From an uncultured delta proteobacterium (GTDB lineage Bacteria; Desulfobacterota; Binatia; UBA9968): a stretch of DNA of 64,000 nt. Under the pieces are notes generated by a model. It had not been told where the DNA came from. It ran no database searches and worked only from the letters and a program-made list of their open reading frames with translations. The DNA lies in NCBI GenBank assembly GCA_963771465.1, contig CAVYTU010000008.1:128001-192000 (forward strand), given 5' to 3'. Below are positions 20,214 through 34,073 of this stretch, piece by piece (the first letter of the stretch is position 1; every line of letters begins with the position of its first letter). The translations under genes were made by a program, and so were the position numbers.

Positions 20214-23200
20214 GAGTTCAGGGCTTGGAAACTAACCCGTGAGCCGAAGAGTTTTTCCACCATGTCTTCAAGCTCCGGCGACGATGCGATGCGCACCTGG
20301 TCAGGAAGCTCGATGACGGTTTCGCCATTGGCGACGGCCAGCAGATGGAGAAACACCGTCGCTGGACCGGGATAATCGAGTAGAGTATCGCGCAGCCGCA
20401 CCAACTCGTCGGCCGACACTTCGCTCTCGCGCACGTAGAGATGAATTTTTTCGCCGTTGCCGTTGGTTTTGCCGACCGCCGGAGCGAAATTGTTTTTTTG
20501 ATTTTTAACCGCCTCGGCCAAGGCGGTAATTTCATTGGCGATCACCTGCATGCGGTCCTCGCCCACTTCGAGCTTGCCTTTGACGTAGATGGGATCGTCG
20601 GCGCCGAGCAGTTCAGCACTTTTTTTGTAGGTTTCCGGCCATGCGAGCACCTCGATAAAACCGCTTTTGTCTTCGAGATTGAAGTTGGCGTAACGGTCGC
20701 CTTTCTTGGTGTTGCGCAATCGCAACGCCGAGACCACACCGCCAAGCCGCACTTCCCCCGACTGCGCCTTTTCTTTCAATCCAGCGATCGATCCGTTGGT
20801 GATACGGTTGAGCGCGCGGTCGTATTTATCGAGGGGATGTCCGGTGATGTAAAAGCCCAGCGCTTCTTTTTCGAAGGCGAGCAATTCCTGCGAAGACCAT
20901 TCGACGACTTGGGGATAGACGTCGCCGGGCTTTTTGCCGCCTTTGCTCGGCGTGCCGAGCATGGCAAAAATATCGATCTGGTTGCTCGCCTGATCGCGCT
21001 GGTGTGCTTGGCCGATTTTCATCGCGTCGTCCAAGGCGCCCAACATGCGCGCTCGCGAGGCTTGGCTCGAGTCCAAGGCGCCGCACTTGATCAGGCTTTC
21101 GATCACTCTGCGGTTCACCGCCGCCATATCGACGCGCCGGCAAAAATCGAACAGCGACTCGAACGGACCGTCGTCGGCGCGGGTTTTAAGGATTACTTCG
21201 ACTGCTTTTTCGCCGACATTTTTCACCGCCGCCAAGCCGAAACGGATTTTTTCGCCCACCGGCGTGAAATCCGACAAACTCTCGTTGATGTCCGGCGCTA
21301 AGACAACAATACCTTTTTCGCGGCACTCGGCGAGGTTCTTGATGACTTTATCGGTGTCGCCCATTTCCGAGGTCATCAGCGCCGCCATGAACTCGACCGG
21401 ATAATGAGTCTTGAGATACGCGGTCTGATAGGAAACCAAAGCGTAGGCCGCCGAGTGAGACTTGTTAAAACCGTAGCGTGCAAAGGTTTCCATCTGATCG
21501 AAAATTTCGGTGGCGCGCTTGTCATCGATCTTTTTTGCTTTGGCGCCGTCAACGAAACGCGAACGCTGGGCCGCCATCTCCTCGGGATCTTTTTTGCCCA
21601 TGGCGCGGCGCAGAATATCCGCGTCGCCCATGGTATAGCCGGCGAGCAGTTGCGCCGTCTGCATCACCTGCTCTTGATAAACGATGACACCGTAAGTGTC
21701 CTTGAGAATCCCTTCAAGCAGCGGATGTAAATATTTAATCTTCTCTTTGCCGCTCTTACGCTTGATATAATCCTCGGTCATGCCGCTATCGAGCGGGCCG
21801 GGCCGGTATAGCGCCAGGATGGCGACGAGATCTTCGAAGCAATTGGGCCGGATGCGCACTGTCATATCGCGGATGCCGGTGCTTTCCAGTTGGAACACGC
21901 CCGTGGTGTTGCCGTTACACAGCGTGCGGTAGGTTTTCTTGTCGTCGAGCAGCAAATTGTTGAGATCGATCTTATCGCCGCGGGTAATCTCGATGAGCTT
22001 TAAGCAATCGTGCAGCAAGGTGAGCGTCTTAAGTCCGAGAAAATCGAACTTGACCAGGCCGATTTTTTCGACCCAGCTCATTTCGTACTGGGTGACGATG
22101 CCGCCTTCTTTATCGACGAACAGCGGGCAATGATCGACCAGCGGCAGATTGGAAAGCACGACACCGGCCGCGTGCGTCGAAGCGTGGCGCACCAGGCCTT
22201 CCAAGCGCAGCGCATGGTCCATCAAGGTTTTCACCCGCGGATCGCTCTTGATCAGCTCGGGCAGACGCGGCTCCATCTTCATCGCATCGGTCAGTGAATG
22301 GTCGAAGCCTTGCTTGGGCGCGGGAATAAGCTTGGCGATGGCGTCGGCTTCCGCGAACGAGAAACCCAATGCGCGGCCGACGTCCTTGATCGCCGCCTTC
22401 GCCTTGAGCGTTCCGAACGTGGCGATCTGCGCCACGCGGTCGGCGCCATATTTGTCTTTTACATACTGAATGACTTGAGCGCGCCCGCGGATGCAAAAAT
22501 CGACGTCGATGTCGGGCATCGACTTTCGTTCGGGATTCAAGAAGCGCTCGAACAGCAAAACATGGCGGATCGGATCGAGATCGGTGATGCGCAGCGCGTA
22601 AGCCACCAAACTGCCAGCCGACGAACCGCGACCCGGCCCGACGGGAATGCCGTTGCGCTTGGCGTAATTGATGAAGTCGGCGACGACCAAAAAGTAGCCG
22701 GGAAACTGCATGTCCTTGATCACCTGAAGTTCATATTCCAGCCGTTCCAGATATGCCTTTCGAACCGCCGGATCGGCGACGCCTGTGAGCCGCTCGTCCA
22801 AGCCTTCACGGGCCAGCTCGTCGAGGTAATCGTCCAAGCTGATTTCCTTGGGCGGCGTAAACGTCGGGAAATGATACTTGCCAAACTCGATTTCCAAATT
22901 GCAGCGATCGGCAATCTCCAATGTCCGTTCCACCGCGCCGGGACACCAGCCGAAGCCGCGCACCATCTCTTCGGCCGACTTCAAATAAAGTTCGTCGGTG
23001 TCGAGCTTCAGGCGATTGTCTTCATCGACCGTCTTGCCCGTTTGCACGCACAGCAAGACATCATGGGCGTGGAAATCGGCGCGCTCGCCGTAGTGACAAT
23101 CGTTGGTCGCGACGACCGGAATCGAAACGTCCTTAGCCAATTCGACCAACAGGCGATTGACTTTTTCCTGCTCCGGCAACTTGTTGTCCTGAATCTCGAT

Positions 23201-23728
23201 ATAGTAGCGGTCGCCGAAGATCGACGCGTAATGCTCGGTGACGAGCTTGGCCTTTTCATAGTTGCCGTAGTTCAAAGCCTGCGACACTTCGCCCTGCAGA
23301 CAAGCGCTGAGCGCGATCAGTCCGCCGTTGAGTTCCCTCAGCAGATCCTTATCGATACGCGGTTTGTAGTAGAACCCTTCCATGTAGCCGAGAGATACCA
23401 GCTTGCAAAGGTTGCGATAGCCCTCGTTGTTCATCGCCAGGAGAATCAGATGGTTGTTGTACTCCTTGGGCCCCTTATCGACGCCTTTTTTTTCGAAGCG
23501 GCTGGTCGGAGCAACGTAGATTTCACAACCGATGATCGGCTTGACGCCGTGGCTCAAGGCCTCGCGGTAAAACTCGATGGCGCCGAACATATTGCCATGA
23601 TCGGTCATGGCCACCGCCGGCTGTTTGAGCGCCTTGATGCGGTCAAACATTTTATCGACTTTATTGGCGCCGTCTAACAGGCTGTATTCGGTGTGGCAGT
23701 GCAGGTGAACGAAACGGGAGTGCTCCAT
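20210..23728 (-). CDS. dnaE: DNA polymerase III alpha subunit
   Basis: PHP motif [34 protein letters not shown]; no intein evident. Confidence 0.98.
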   Translation of the reverse strand: MEHSRFVHLHCHTEYSLLDGANKVDKMFDRIKALKQPAVAMTDHGNMFGAIEFYREALSHGVKPIIGCEIYVAPTSRFEKKGVDKGPKEYNNHLILLAMNNEGYRNLCKLVSLGYMEGFYYKPRIDKDLLRELNGGLIALSACLQGEVSQALNYGNYEKAKLVTEHYASIFGDRYYIEIQDNKLPEQEKVNRLLVELAKDVSIPVVATNDCHYGERADFHAHDVLLCVQTGKTVDEDNRLKLDTDELYLKSAEEMVRGFGWCPGAVERTLEIADRCNLEIEFGKYHFPTFTPPKEISLDDYLDELAREGLDERLTGVADPAVRKAYLERLEYELQVIKDMQFPGYFLVVADFINYAKRNGIPVGPGRGSSAGSLVAYALRITDLDPIRHVLLFERFLNPERKSMPDIDVDFCIRGRAQVIQYVKDKYGADRVAQIATFGTLKAKAAIKDVGRALGFSFAEADAIAKLIPAPKQGFDHSLTDAMKMEPRLPELIKSDPRVKTLMDHALRLEGLVRHASTHAAGVVLSNLPLVDHCPLFVDKEGGIVTQYEMSWVEKIGLVKFDFLGLKTLTLLHDCLKLIEITRGDKIDLNNLLLDDKKTYRTLCNGNTTGVFQLESTGIRDMTVRIRPNCFEDLVAILALYRPGPLDSGMTEDYIKRKSGKEKIKYLHPLLEGILKDTYGVIVYQEQVMQTAQLLAGYTMGDADILRRAMGKKDPEEMAAQRSRFVDGAKAKKIDDKRATEIFDQMETFARYGFNKSHSAAYALVSYQTAYLKTHYPVEFMAALMTSEMGDTDKVIKNLAECREKGIVVLAPDINESLSDFTPVGEKIRFGLAAVKNVGEKAVEVILKTRADDGPFESLFDFCRRVDMAAVNRRVIESLIKCGALDSSQASRARMLGALDDAMKIGQAHQRDQASNQIDIFAMLGTPSKGGKKPGDVYPQVVEWSSQELLAFEKEALGFYITGHPLDKYDRALNRITNGSIAGLKEKAQSGEVRLGGVVSALRLRNTKKGDRYANFNLEDKSGFIEVLAWPETYKKSAELLGADDPIYVKGKLEVGEDRMQVIANEITALAEAVKNQKNNFAPAVGKTNGNGEKIHLYVRESEVSADELVRLRDTLLDYPGPATVFLHLLAVANGETVIELPDQVRIASSPELEDMVEKLFGSRVSFQALNS

Positions 23729-23770
23729 GGCGATGAGTTACTCACTATCATAAACGCGATGACTCGACAA

Positions 23771-24226
23771 TTACGCGTTGGAATTTTTCCCTCGTGAGTT
23801 ATCCACAGCCCGCGGCCAAACAGCCGCAGCGATAAGATCTTCCAGGATCGTGCCGAGAACGTTTGCGAAGCGAAAATCAAATCTTTCTTCCGGCTCAATT
23901 GCGATCAGACGTTGGCCCTCGAAGAGCGTCAATTCCGCGGCAAGGCAATCGATGCTGGCGTAAAAAATAAACTTCGTATTGGGATAAGCGTCGCCGGTCA
24001 GACAATCGTAGCGGCGAAAAAAATGCCAATGCCGCAGCTCAAGGCCAATCTCCTCCCCGACTTCGCGCACCAGCGCCTGTTCCGGCGTCTCGCCTGCGTC
24101 TATATGGCCGCCGATCAGATCCCAGTGATTGGGAAAGGGAATCCCCGGCTTGTCGTCGCGCAGATAAATGATCAGGCGACGCTTACGGTCGAAAAGAAAA
24201 ATCTGGGCAATCTGCTTCAATGTCAT
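23771..24226 (-). CDS. NUDIX hydrolase
   Basis: Nudix box GGHIDAGETPEQALVREVGEEIG. Confidence 0.9.
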   Translation of the reverse strand: MTLKQIAQIFLFDRKRRLIIYLRDDKPGIPFPNHWDLIGGHIDAGETPEQALVREVGEEIGLELRHWHFFRRYDCLTGDAYPNTKFIFYASIDCLAAELTLFEGQRLIAIEPEERFDFRFANVLGTILEDLIAAAVWPRAVDNSRGKNSNA

Positions 24227-24355
24227 GCCATGACCACCGTATCGATTCGAGTTTCTCTTTGCGCCATTGCGTTCTTTGCGGCCAACTCGCCGAATCCGAA
24301 TACTCTACGTCGCGCGCCCTTTGTGGCTGAATTCGCATGCCGCGCCAAATCGCGC

Positions 24356-25144
24356 TCACACCGCCTCTCGTTCGCCGAAAATCCAACGTCGCTTCATGCG
24401 CGAGCCGTAGGTCAAGTTAAATTTTCGCTTGGCCACTTCCGTAATCGCTTGCACCGCTTCCTCGGCGGAATCCGTCACGATGATTCTTTCCAGATCGACC
24501 ATGTCGATGGTGCGCGCTTTGACCAGCCGCTCGGACATGAACTCCAACAGCGGTTGCCAAAATTCTTTGCCCATCAACACCAAGGGAAACTCGCGGATTT
24601 TTGCGTTTTGAATCAAAGTCGCGGTTTCAAAAATTTCATCCAGCGTGCCAAACCCGCCGGGTAGAGCGATGAACGCATAGGAGTACTTGACCAGCATCAC
24701 TTTGCGGACGAAAAAATAGCGGAACGTAATCCACTCGTCGAGATACGGATTATGCTGTTGCTCCTGAGGCAAGACGATATTGCAACCGATCGAACGCCCG
24801 CCGACATCTTTGGCGCCACGATTGGCCGCTTCCATGATGCCCGGACCGCCCCCGGTCATGACGGTAAAGCCGGCCTTGGCCAACTCCGCTCCGACCATGC
24901 GCGCCAAGCGGTAGTAAGGATGAATCTCGGTAAAGCGCGCCGAACCGAACACGGTCACGCAGGGCCCGACGAAATGCAGCGCGCGAAAGCCGCGCAGAAA
25001 TTCGAAAAAAATCCGCGTCGCGAGCGATACCTCGGCCATGCGCCGCTGCGGCCCTTCGAGAAAGCGCACCAATTCCGGCGATCCAGGCGTGACACCCCAG
25101 CCATCGATCGCAATGATCTCGCTGTTTTCAATCGTCATGGGCAA
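24356..25144 (-). CDS. LOG family nucleotide phosphoribohydrolase (TIGR00730-like)
   Basis: VFGSAR, TGGGPGIMEAANRGA, PGGFGTLDE. Confidence 0.92.
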   Translation of the reverse strand: MPMTIENSEIIAIDGWGVTPGSPELVRFLEGPQRRMAEVSLATRIFFEFLRGFRALHFVGPCVTVFGSARFTEIHPYYRLARMVGAELAKAGFTVMTGGGPGIMEAANRGAKDVGGRSIGCNIVLPQEQQHNPYLDEWITFRYFFVRKVMLVKYSYAFIALPGGFGTLDEIFETATLIQNAKIREFPLVLMGKEFWQPLLEFMSERLVKARTIDMVDLERIIVTDSAEEAVQAITEVAKRKFNLTYGSRMKRRWIFGEREAV

Positions 25145-25208
25145 ATTTCTCCGATATCAAGAAATCGTCTTGATAGATTATACCGCACGCTAAAGGTAAG
25201 TTGAGAAA

Positions 25209-28207
<2,999 letters not shown>

Positions 28208-28225
28208 TTATCTCCACGCTAAGAT

Positions 28226-28258
28226 AAAAAAAAACCCAGACCAAGGCCTGGGCTTTTT
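28226..28258 (-). terminator. Intrinsic terminator in the guaB 5' leader
   Basis: Minus strand AAAAAG-CCCAGGC-CTTG-GTCTGGG-TTTTTTTTT, ending 21 nt before the guaB ATG. Confidence 0.75.
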
Positions 28259-28292
28259 GCGCCGCTCGATTGTTTATGAGCAAACATGAAGT

Positions 28293-28321
28293 CTTATACC
28301 AGGATTTTTTTTGCGCAGCAA
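28293..28321 (-). promoter_or_regulatory. Putative sigma70 promoter for guaBA
   Basis: TTGCTG-17nt-TATAAG with extended -10 TG. Confidence 0.6.
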
Positions 28322-28385
28322 GATCGGTGTAAAATTCTACGACGTTGAGACAGCAAAGTCGATATGATAGCAACTAACACCGATC

Positions 28386-28619
28386 ATGCCGCTTTACGAA
28401 TACGAATGCACCAAAGGCCACCGCTTCGAAGCGATCCAAAAAGTCAGCGCCAAACCGCTCCAGAAGTGTGAGCAGTGCCGCGCCGGCGCCAAACGCACCG
28501 TGTCCCAAACCACCTTGCTGCACAACCACGGTGTCCATGTCTTCGACCGGGTCACCGGCGACGACGTCCTGCGCGGCCGCCCGTCGTCGCTCAAGTCGTT
28601 CAAGAAAGACAAGTTTTAG
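28386..28619 (+). CDS. FmdB-family zinc ribbon protein
   Basis: MPLYEYEC..GHRFE..Q...CEQC. Confidence 0.85.
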   Translation: MPLYEYECTKGHRFEAIQKVSAKPLQKCEQCRAGAKRTVSQTTLLHNHGVHVFDRVTGDDVLRGRPSSLKSFKKDKF

Positions 28620-28989
28620 CGCGCGCCAAACTGATCTCAGTCCCGGCCCTCCGATCCTTACTGCAAGCCGAAGATACAATGAAAGTTTTCGTGCGGCATA
28701 GAATCTTGGGCAGTGACTCATTTCAATTCACAAAGAGTCACTGTCTGATCTTGACATACTTTTACTCGCCGATGTACAAGCATACTACGTCGTGATGCTT
28801 TCCAACCAAGTTCTGAGGCAGCCGCTGGATGGAATTCCGCGAAATCACAGTGCAACATCTTGGCTGCTTCTAAACGAGATAGACACAACTTCAAAATAGA
28901 CAAAATAGACCGAATGCGAGCACGCCACGGGTGCGTAGCCTGCCAACAGAGCAACAACCTTCCGATCAAACAGATTACCGAGGTGAATC

Positions 28990-30117
28990 TTGAAAAGTCG
29001 TGGTTATAAAATTGTCGGTTTCTTGATCATTGGCTCCCTGTATTTGACCGTTTCCAGCGCGCTTGCTGCCACCCCAAGCCCTTCCCTCGCGAAGGCAAAA
29101 CAAGAGGCGGAAGCGAAAGGGTTCACATTTATTTCCAGCCGTGACGAAATCATTAAAAGAGCTAAGGAAGAGGGAAAAGTCACTGCTCTCATGTCGATGA
29201 GTTCCAGTAATTTTCAGCCCATTATTGATTCGTTTAAGAAAAAGTATCCCTTCATCAAAGAAGTGCAGATACAAGAGATTACCGGCAGTGATTCCTTCCA
29301 GTCCTTTTTGTTGGGCCTCAAGGCTGGAACTATTAAAGACTGGGATGTCGGTGATGCAGCCACGGATTGGTACAACGAGTTCCCTCCGCATGCCATGAAG
29401 CTGGATTTACTGGGAATGGCCAACGAGAAGATTCTGAGGATCGATCCGAGGATGATCGATCCTGAGCACCGGACTATGGTATCAATCGCGTCAACCGTTG
29501 CTAGCGCAGCTTATAACAAGAATCTTATCGCGGCAGACAAGGTTCCCAACACATGGGAAGATTTTCTAAAGCCTGAACTCAAGGGGAGGAAATTCGCCGT
29601 CAATGTGCGCCCTCTGAACATGCCCTCGCTAATAGCGGGAATGGGAGAGGAATGGGGCCTCAACTATGCACGAAAGACCAAAGACCAGGATCCAATCTGG
29701 GGTCTGGGAGAAGCCCGGCTCATGACTTCATTGGCCGTCGGCGAAATCGCTCTTTTCCAGATCACCAACTACAACAGCTGCGCCCGCGCCGCTCAAAAAG
29801 ACCGCACCAAAAGCATCGTATGCAAGGTCATCCAGCCGGTACCGGTGCGGCTCCATGAAATGGAATTCGTGATCAAAGGAGCGGCTCATCCCTACTCGGC
29901 GCTTTTGTTTCTCGAACATCAAACCAGTCCCGAAGTACAAAAAATTATTGATGAGCAGGAACCGCTTAAATCAAGCATGTACGCCAACGGTGAGATCGCC
30001 AAGCTGGTCAAAGGAAAGAAAACATCCGTCCATGATTTTAAAACCTATCAGCACACCGCCAAATGGGTGGAGATGGTTGTAGAGGCCTACGGTTTTCCGA
30101 GGGCGCAGATCAAGTAA
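28990..30117 (+). CDS. ABC substrate-binding protein (Fe3+/polyamine cluster)
   Basis: Signal peptide; AKEEGKV, YNKNL..VPNTWEDFLKPELKG, AAHPYSA; lower-GC segment. Confidence 0.8.
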   Translation: MKSRGYKIVGFLIIGSLYLTVSSALAATPSPSLAKAKQEAEAKGFTFISSRDEIIKRAKEEGKVTALMSMSSSNFQPIIDSFKKKYPFIKEVQIQEITGSDSFQSFLLGLKAGTIKDWDVGDAATDWYNEFPPHAMKLDLLGMANEKILRIDPRMIDPEHRTMVSIASTVASAAYNKNLIAADKVPNTWEDFLKPELKGRKFAVNVRPLNMPSLIAGMGEEWGLNYARKTKDQDPIWGLGEARLMTSLAVGEIALFQITNYNSCARAAQKDRTKSIVCKVIQPVPVRLHEMEFVIKGAAHPYSALLFLEHQTSPEVQKIIDEQEPLKSSMYANGEIAKLVKGKKTSVHDFKTYQHTAKWVEMVVEAYGFPRAQIK

Positions 30118-30153
30118 ATAGCTAATAGACGCGCTGGCGCTTGAGTGCGCCGC

Positions 30154-31170
30154 TTAGCGCTTTTGCCAAACCAGGACCTCGTCGCCGCTGATATCCAGAT
30201 CGGTTTTGAATTTCTTGGACTTGAGCGCCAAGCTCTCTACCGCTTCCTGATCCTCGCGGACCGTATTAATGATGGTTTCGTTGCGGTCGTTGTGGCGCAC
30301 TGGTGAACAGGTCACTTTGAGTGCTGCTCCACCTTCAAGAATTACCCGCGCGATAAAGCCGACCCAATTGCCAAACGCTCTGCCGTGGTGTCCGGTATGG
30401 AAGGAGAAACACCCCAAGCCATAGAAGATCGGCTTTTCTTTGTAGATCTCGATCGCCAAAGGATAGTGAACCCCATGTCCCATAACGATGTCGGCTCCGG
30501 CATCGATTGCGGTATGCGCAATCTGCTGTTGATACTGCAGCACTTCCTCAGCCTGCCCCCAATGATGCGAGGAGACAACAAAGTCAGCCTGCTGTTTTAG
30601 CGAAGCGATATCACTCTTGAATTCTGCGAGCTCGTGATCGTCCGCTGACGTGAGTATGATCGGCGGCACCCCGGCGCGATTCGCCACTTTTGGTTGGTAG
30701 GCAGTGTTCGCCTTTATCGTTGCTACGCCGGGCGTCCGTTCTCCTGCCGCTTGGCCGGAAGGCCAGAAAACAGAAGTGTACTGGAGAAATCCGAAGCGCG
30801 TGTTGTCGCGTTCTATAATGGCAGGCGTGCGCGCCGCTTTGCGATTTAGTCCCGCGCCAGTATGTTTGATGCCGAGCTCATCGAGCCGTGCTAGCGACGC
30901 GCGGACTTGGTTGGCGCCGTAGGTCACATTGTTGGCGCAGCCCACGGCAGTAAAATTGCCCAGTTTGAGCGCTTCCCCAACCTTGGCACCCGCATAGAAT
31001 CCTTCCCTTTCGAAGGAATAATCTGGCGGCGGATCGGCGAGGCAGGTTTCCAGATTGCCGAAAACCAAATCGGCCTGACCAAGAACATCGCTTACCTTTG
31101 CAAAAGGAACGGTTGGGTCGCTTACGGTTAGAAAATTCACGTCCCCGGTGAGAATTAGAGTCTGTGTCAT
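30154..31170 (-). CDS. CapA family metallophosphatase-fold protein
   Basis: TGDV, GNLE, ANN, HWG, MGHG.H, YGLG. Confidence 0.85.
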   Translation of the reverse strand: MTQTLILTGDVNFLTVSDPTVPFAKVSDVLGQADLVFGNLETCLADPPPDYSFEREGFYAGAKVGEALKLGNFTAVGCANNVTYGANQVRASLARLDELGIKHTGAGLNRKAARTPAIIERDNTRFGFLQYTSVFWPSGQAAGERTPGVATIKANTAYQPKVANRAGVPPIILTSADDHELAEFKSDIASLKQQADFVVSSHHWGQAEEVLQYQQQIAHTAIDAGADIVMGHGVHYPLAIEIYKEKPIFYGLGCFSFHTGHHGRAFGNWVGFIARVILEGGAALKVTCSPVRHNDRNETIINTVREDQEAVESLALKSKKFKTDLDISGDEVLVWQKR

Positions 31171-31298
31171 GGTTCTTTCCTTTATGAAAATATTTTTCTC
31201 GTCGGTTTCGACACTTGATCAAATAGCACAATTTACTCTGCAACTTCACCGCACAATCTCAGCGATGTAGATGCAACGTTGTATTGGAGCGGCGATTA

Positions 31299-32630
31299 TT
31301 ATCGAGCTTCGCTGAGAAGTGATGCAATATTCCCGATGTCTTTACAATCATTGATGCCCTCGACAGCCTTGATGAGCGCCGACACTTGTTGTTCGGGTAT
31401 AACTTGGCCGGCGTAGCGGCGAAATTTATCGCATGCGTCATCCCAGGTAAACGGGTTTTTGACTGAGCCTTTAGCAGGTTCGGCAGCTAACGTATGAACT
31501 TCGCCGTCAACCTCGATGGTGATTTGCGGATGATGCGATCCTTCTACTGGGATCAATTCGACTCGACTGGCCAGGTCACGAACCTGAGGATTCAGCACAG
31601 TTGCCTCGTCATAGTTTAGCGGATTGGAGAGATCTCGCGTGACGGCGACAGCGGTGGCAAACGGCAAACTGTATTGGGCACCCATGAGGCTTTTGGGATC
31701 CCGTACGGAATGCCTCTGTTCCATGATGTGTTTGTCGCCCTTGATAGCAACGCGCGTGATCTTTCCAGGATCCAGCTCTCGGTCGCGCTTGAATAGTTGG
31801 ATCGCCTGCACGACGGCTTGATGGGTCACGTGCGTAGGATATGATTTGAGAGACAACGGCTGTACTGCCCAACGCTGACCGATCCCATCGAGAAGCTTTT
31901 CCATGTTAGGTGGAAGCGAGAACGCATTATAGTATCCGTATCGACCCTCCAATATTTTTGACGGCCCGCTAAATCCTTTCCGGGCTAATAAAGCGCTCTC
32001 GAGACCGAGCTGGCTCGCCCTGCCAAGATGAATCCGTTTAGTGTTTGCCCCGTCCCATGCGAATTCAAGCAGACCCGCCGAACTGGAGCCGGCGATGCCA
32101 AGAGCGCTGACAAGACGGTCGCGATCCAGCCCGTATAACTTACCGACGGCGACGGCCGCCGCTAAAGGCCCCTGGGTTCCAGGATTATGAAAGCCGCGTT
32201 CCGTTTCTAGACCCACCGCTGTTCGACCGATCCGGGCTGACACTTCCGCCCCCAAGATAAGCGCGGTCAGAAAACTCTTGCCATCCATATGCTCGCGTTC
32301 GCAGACCGAGAAAACCGCGGGGAAAACCGTGCCAGCAGCGTGGGATCCGGTAAGCGGCTCACATTCGAAGCTGCCGATCATCGTGCCATTGGCCAGCGCC
32401 GCGCGCGAGATGTCGGTTTTCCACGATTGGTTGATGACGGTAGCCTCTCGATTTCCGCCGAGCTCATGAACCAATTCCAATACAGTCTTGGCCCATGGTA
32501 ACAGCGAGCCTATGAGAGCGGCGGCAAACGTATCGAGGACAAATATCTTAAAAGACGCTGCTAATTCGGCGGGAAGGTCTTCGTATCTAGTCGCGTGAAC
32601 AAATTCTGCAATCTTAGTTGTCTCGTTCAT
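31299..32630 (-). CDS. MmgE/PrpD family protein
   Basis: AALANG, GFH..GT.G, ARKGFSGP..ILEG..G, AQYSLPF. Confidence 0.88.
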   Translation of the reverse strand: MNETTKIAEFVHATRYEDLPAELAASFKIFVLDTFAAALIGSLLPWAKTVLELVHELGGNREATVINQSWKTDISRAALANGTMIGSFECEPLTGSHAAGTVFPAVFSVCEREHMDGKSFLTALILGAEVSARIGRTAVGLETERGFHNPGTQGPLAAAVAVGKLYGLDRDRLVSALGIAGSSSAGLLEFAWDGANTKRIHLGRASQLGLESALLARKGFSGPSKILEGRYGYYNAFSLPPNMEKLLDGIGQRWAVQPLSLKSYPTHVTHQAVVQAIQLFKRDRELDPGKITRVAIKGDKHIMEQRHSVRDPKSLMGAQYSLPFATAVAVTRDLSNPLNYDEATVLNPQVRDLASRVELIPVEGSHHPQITIEVDGEVHTLAAEPAKGSVKNPFTWDDACDKFRRYAGQVIPEQQVSALIKAVEGINDCKDIGNIASLLSEAR

Positions 32631-32977
32631 GTCTTTCTCACATATAATACTGAGCGAGCGCTATCAATCGTGCAGCTAGTCAGCAACCTAAAAAAACACG
32701 GGATGACGAGAGAATGATCCGGCGGGCAACTGTTACGTTTATACCGTAGCGGAGAATTTTTTCAGCTCACTGAAGAATGAGCTCGTGCATCAGCATAGTT
32801 TCAACCGAGATGAAACTCGAACAGAGAGTAATCGAGGTGTTCTACAATCGCCAGCGTAGACATTAATCGCTGAATTATCTCAGCCCTATGGACTAGAAAA
32901 CTCGATGGCTGTTGCTTAACTTACTGTCCGTCAAATCCGGGCTAGATCAATTATTTGATCTTTGATTCATCATCTCT

Positions 32978-34051
32978 TCACTGCAAACCGAAGACGCTAT
33001 TATACAGCTTGATCAACTCCACCTGCTTGTCATCCCATTCGGACGAAGCGATCTGCATCTTCTTGCCTTTCAGATCGGCGAAGTAGTTGGCGTCTTTGCG
33101 GCTCGCCCACCTTCCTTGGCTTGCAAGCAAATCTTGACCGGGCTTGGAGAGCAGAAAATCCACGAACAACGCGGCCGCGTGGGGATGCGGCGCGCCGGCG
33201 GAAATGGAAACGGTCGTCGGTGTTTTCACCGGGACAAACGGTTCGGAAAAAACAAAATCCACCGGGGCTTTGGCGTTTCTCATTTGCAGCACTTCTTCGG
33301 GAAACGCGTCGATCACGATGGGAAATTCGCCGGCGACGGTGAGCTGCGCCAACAGCGTCGGACCGCGGCGAAAGTTGAGCTGCTGCTTGGCCAGTTTGCC
33401 GGTATATTCCAGTGCCTTGCCGCGGCCGTAGAAATCGATCAGCGACGCCAACCAATCGTAGTCGGTGGTATCCATGCCCATCTTGTCTTTCCACACCGGA
33501 TTCAGCAGATCGTCGAACGACTGCGGCGCTTTATCGCGCGCCACCATGCGTGTGTTAAAAAGAAACACCCGCGGCTGAGCATAGATACCGTTGACCCAAC
33601 CTTCCTTGTCGGCAAATCCTTCGCGCAGCGCCGCGCGCAGCGGCGTGCGATATCGCGCAATCGCGCCGGCCTTGGCCATCACGGCGACAAACGAGCGGCG
33701 CGTGTTGATGATATCGGCGCGCTGCTTTTTGGCGCGATGCTCGACCATCAATTGCTCGATCTGCCGGCTGGCGCCGCCGGGTTGGAAGCGAACTTTCAAG
33801 AACGGATACTTACTCTCGAAGACTTTGATCACTTCACCGGCGCGGTCGCTCGCCATCGCCGCGTACCAAACCACTTCGCCTTCCTTGCGCGCCTCTTTCT
33901 CGAGCGCTTCGGTCCGCGCCTTGTCAGGCAAACGATTGAGCTGATCCAAACGCTCTTCGACCGGCGCCGTCTGAGCCAGCGCTGCCGAAGGCGCGAGTAG
34001 CGATACCAGAGCGGCAAAAATATAAACCAGCATTTCTCTCTTCGCTTTCAT
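32978..34051 (-). CDS. ABC substrate-binding protein (Fe3+/polyamine cluster)
   Basis: ARKEGEVVWY, FESKYP, APHPHAAALFVDFLLS; start set at ATG 34051. Confidence 0.82.
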   Translation of the reverse strand: MKAKREMLVYIFAALVSLLAPSAALAQTAPVEERLDQLNRLPDKARTEALEKEARKEGEVVWYAAMASDRAGEVIKVFESKYPFLKVRFQPGGASRQIEQLMVEHRAKKQRADIINTRRSFVAVMAKAGAIARYRTPLRAALREGFADKEGWVNGIYAQPRVFLFNTRMVARDKAPQSFDDLLNPVWKDKMGMDTTDYDWLASLIDFYGRGKALEYTGKLAKQQLNFRRGPTLLAQLTVAGEFPIVIDAFPEEVLQMRNAKAPVDFVFSEPFVPVKTPTTVSISAGAPHPHAAALFVDFLLSKPGQDLLASQGRWASRKDANYFADLKGKKMQIASSEWDDKQVELIKLYNSVFGLQ

Positions 34052-34073
34052 GTTTAACCGATCTCCATTTGAA

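Noticed and set aside
20210-23728. Intein or split in DnaE
   Set aside because: Normal length (1172 aa), continuous motifs, no intein signatures
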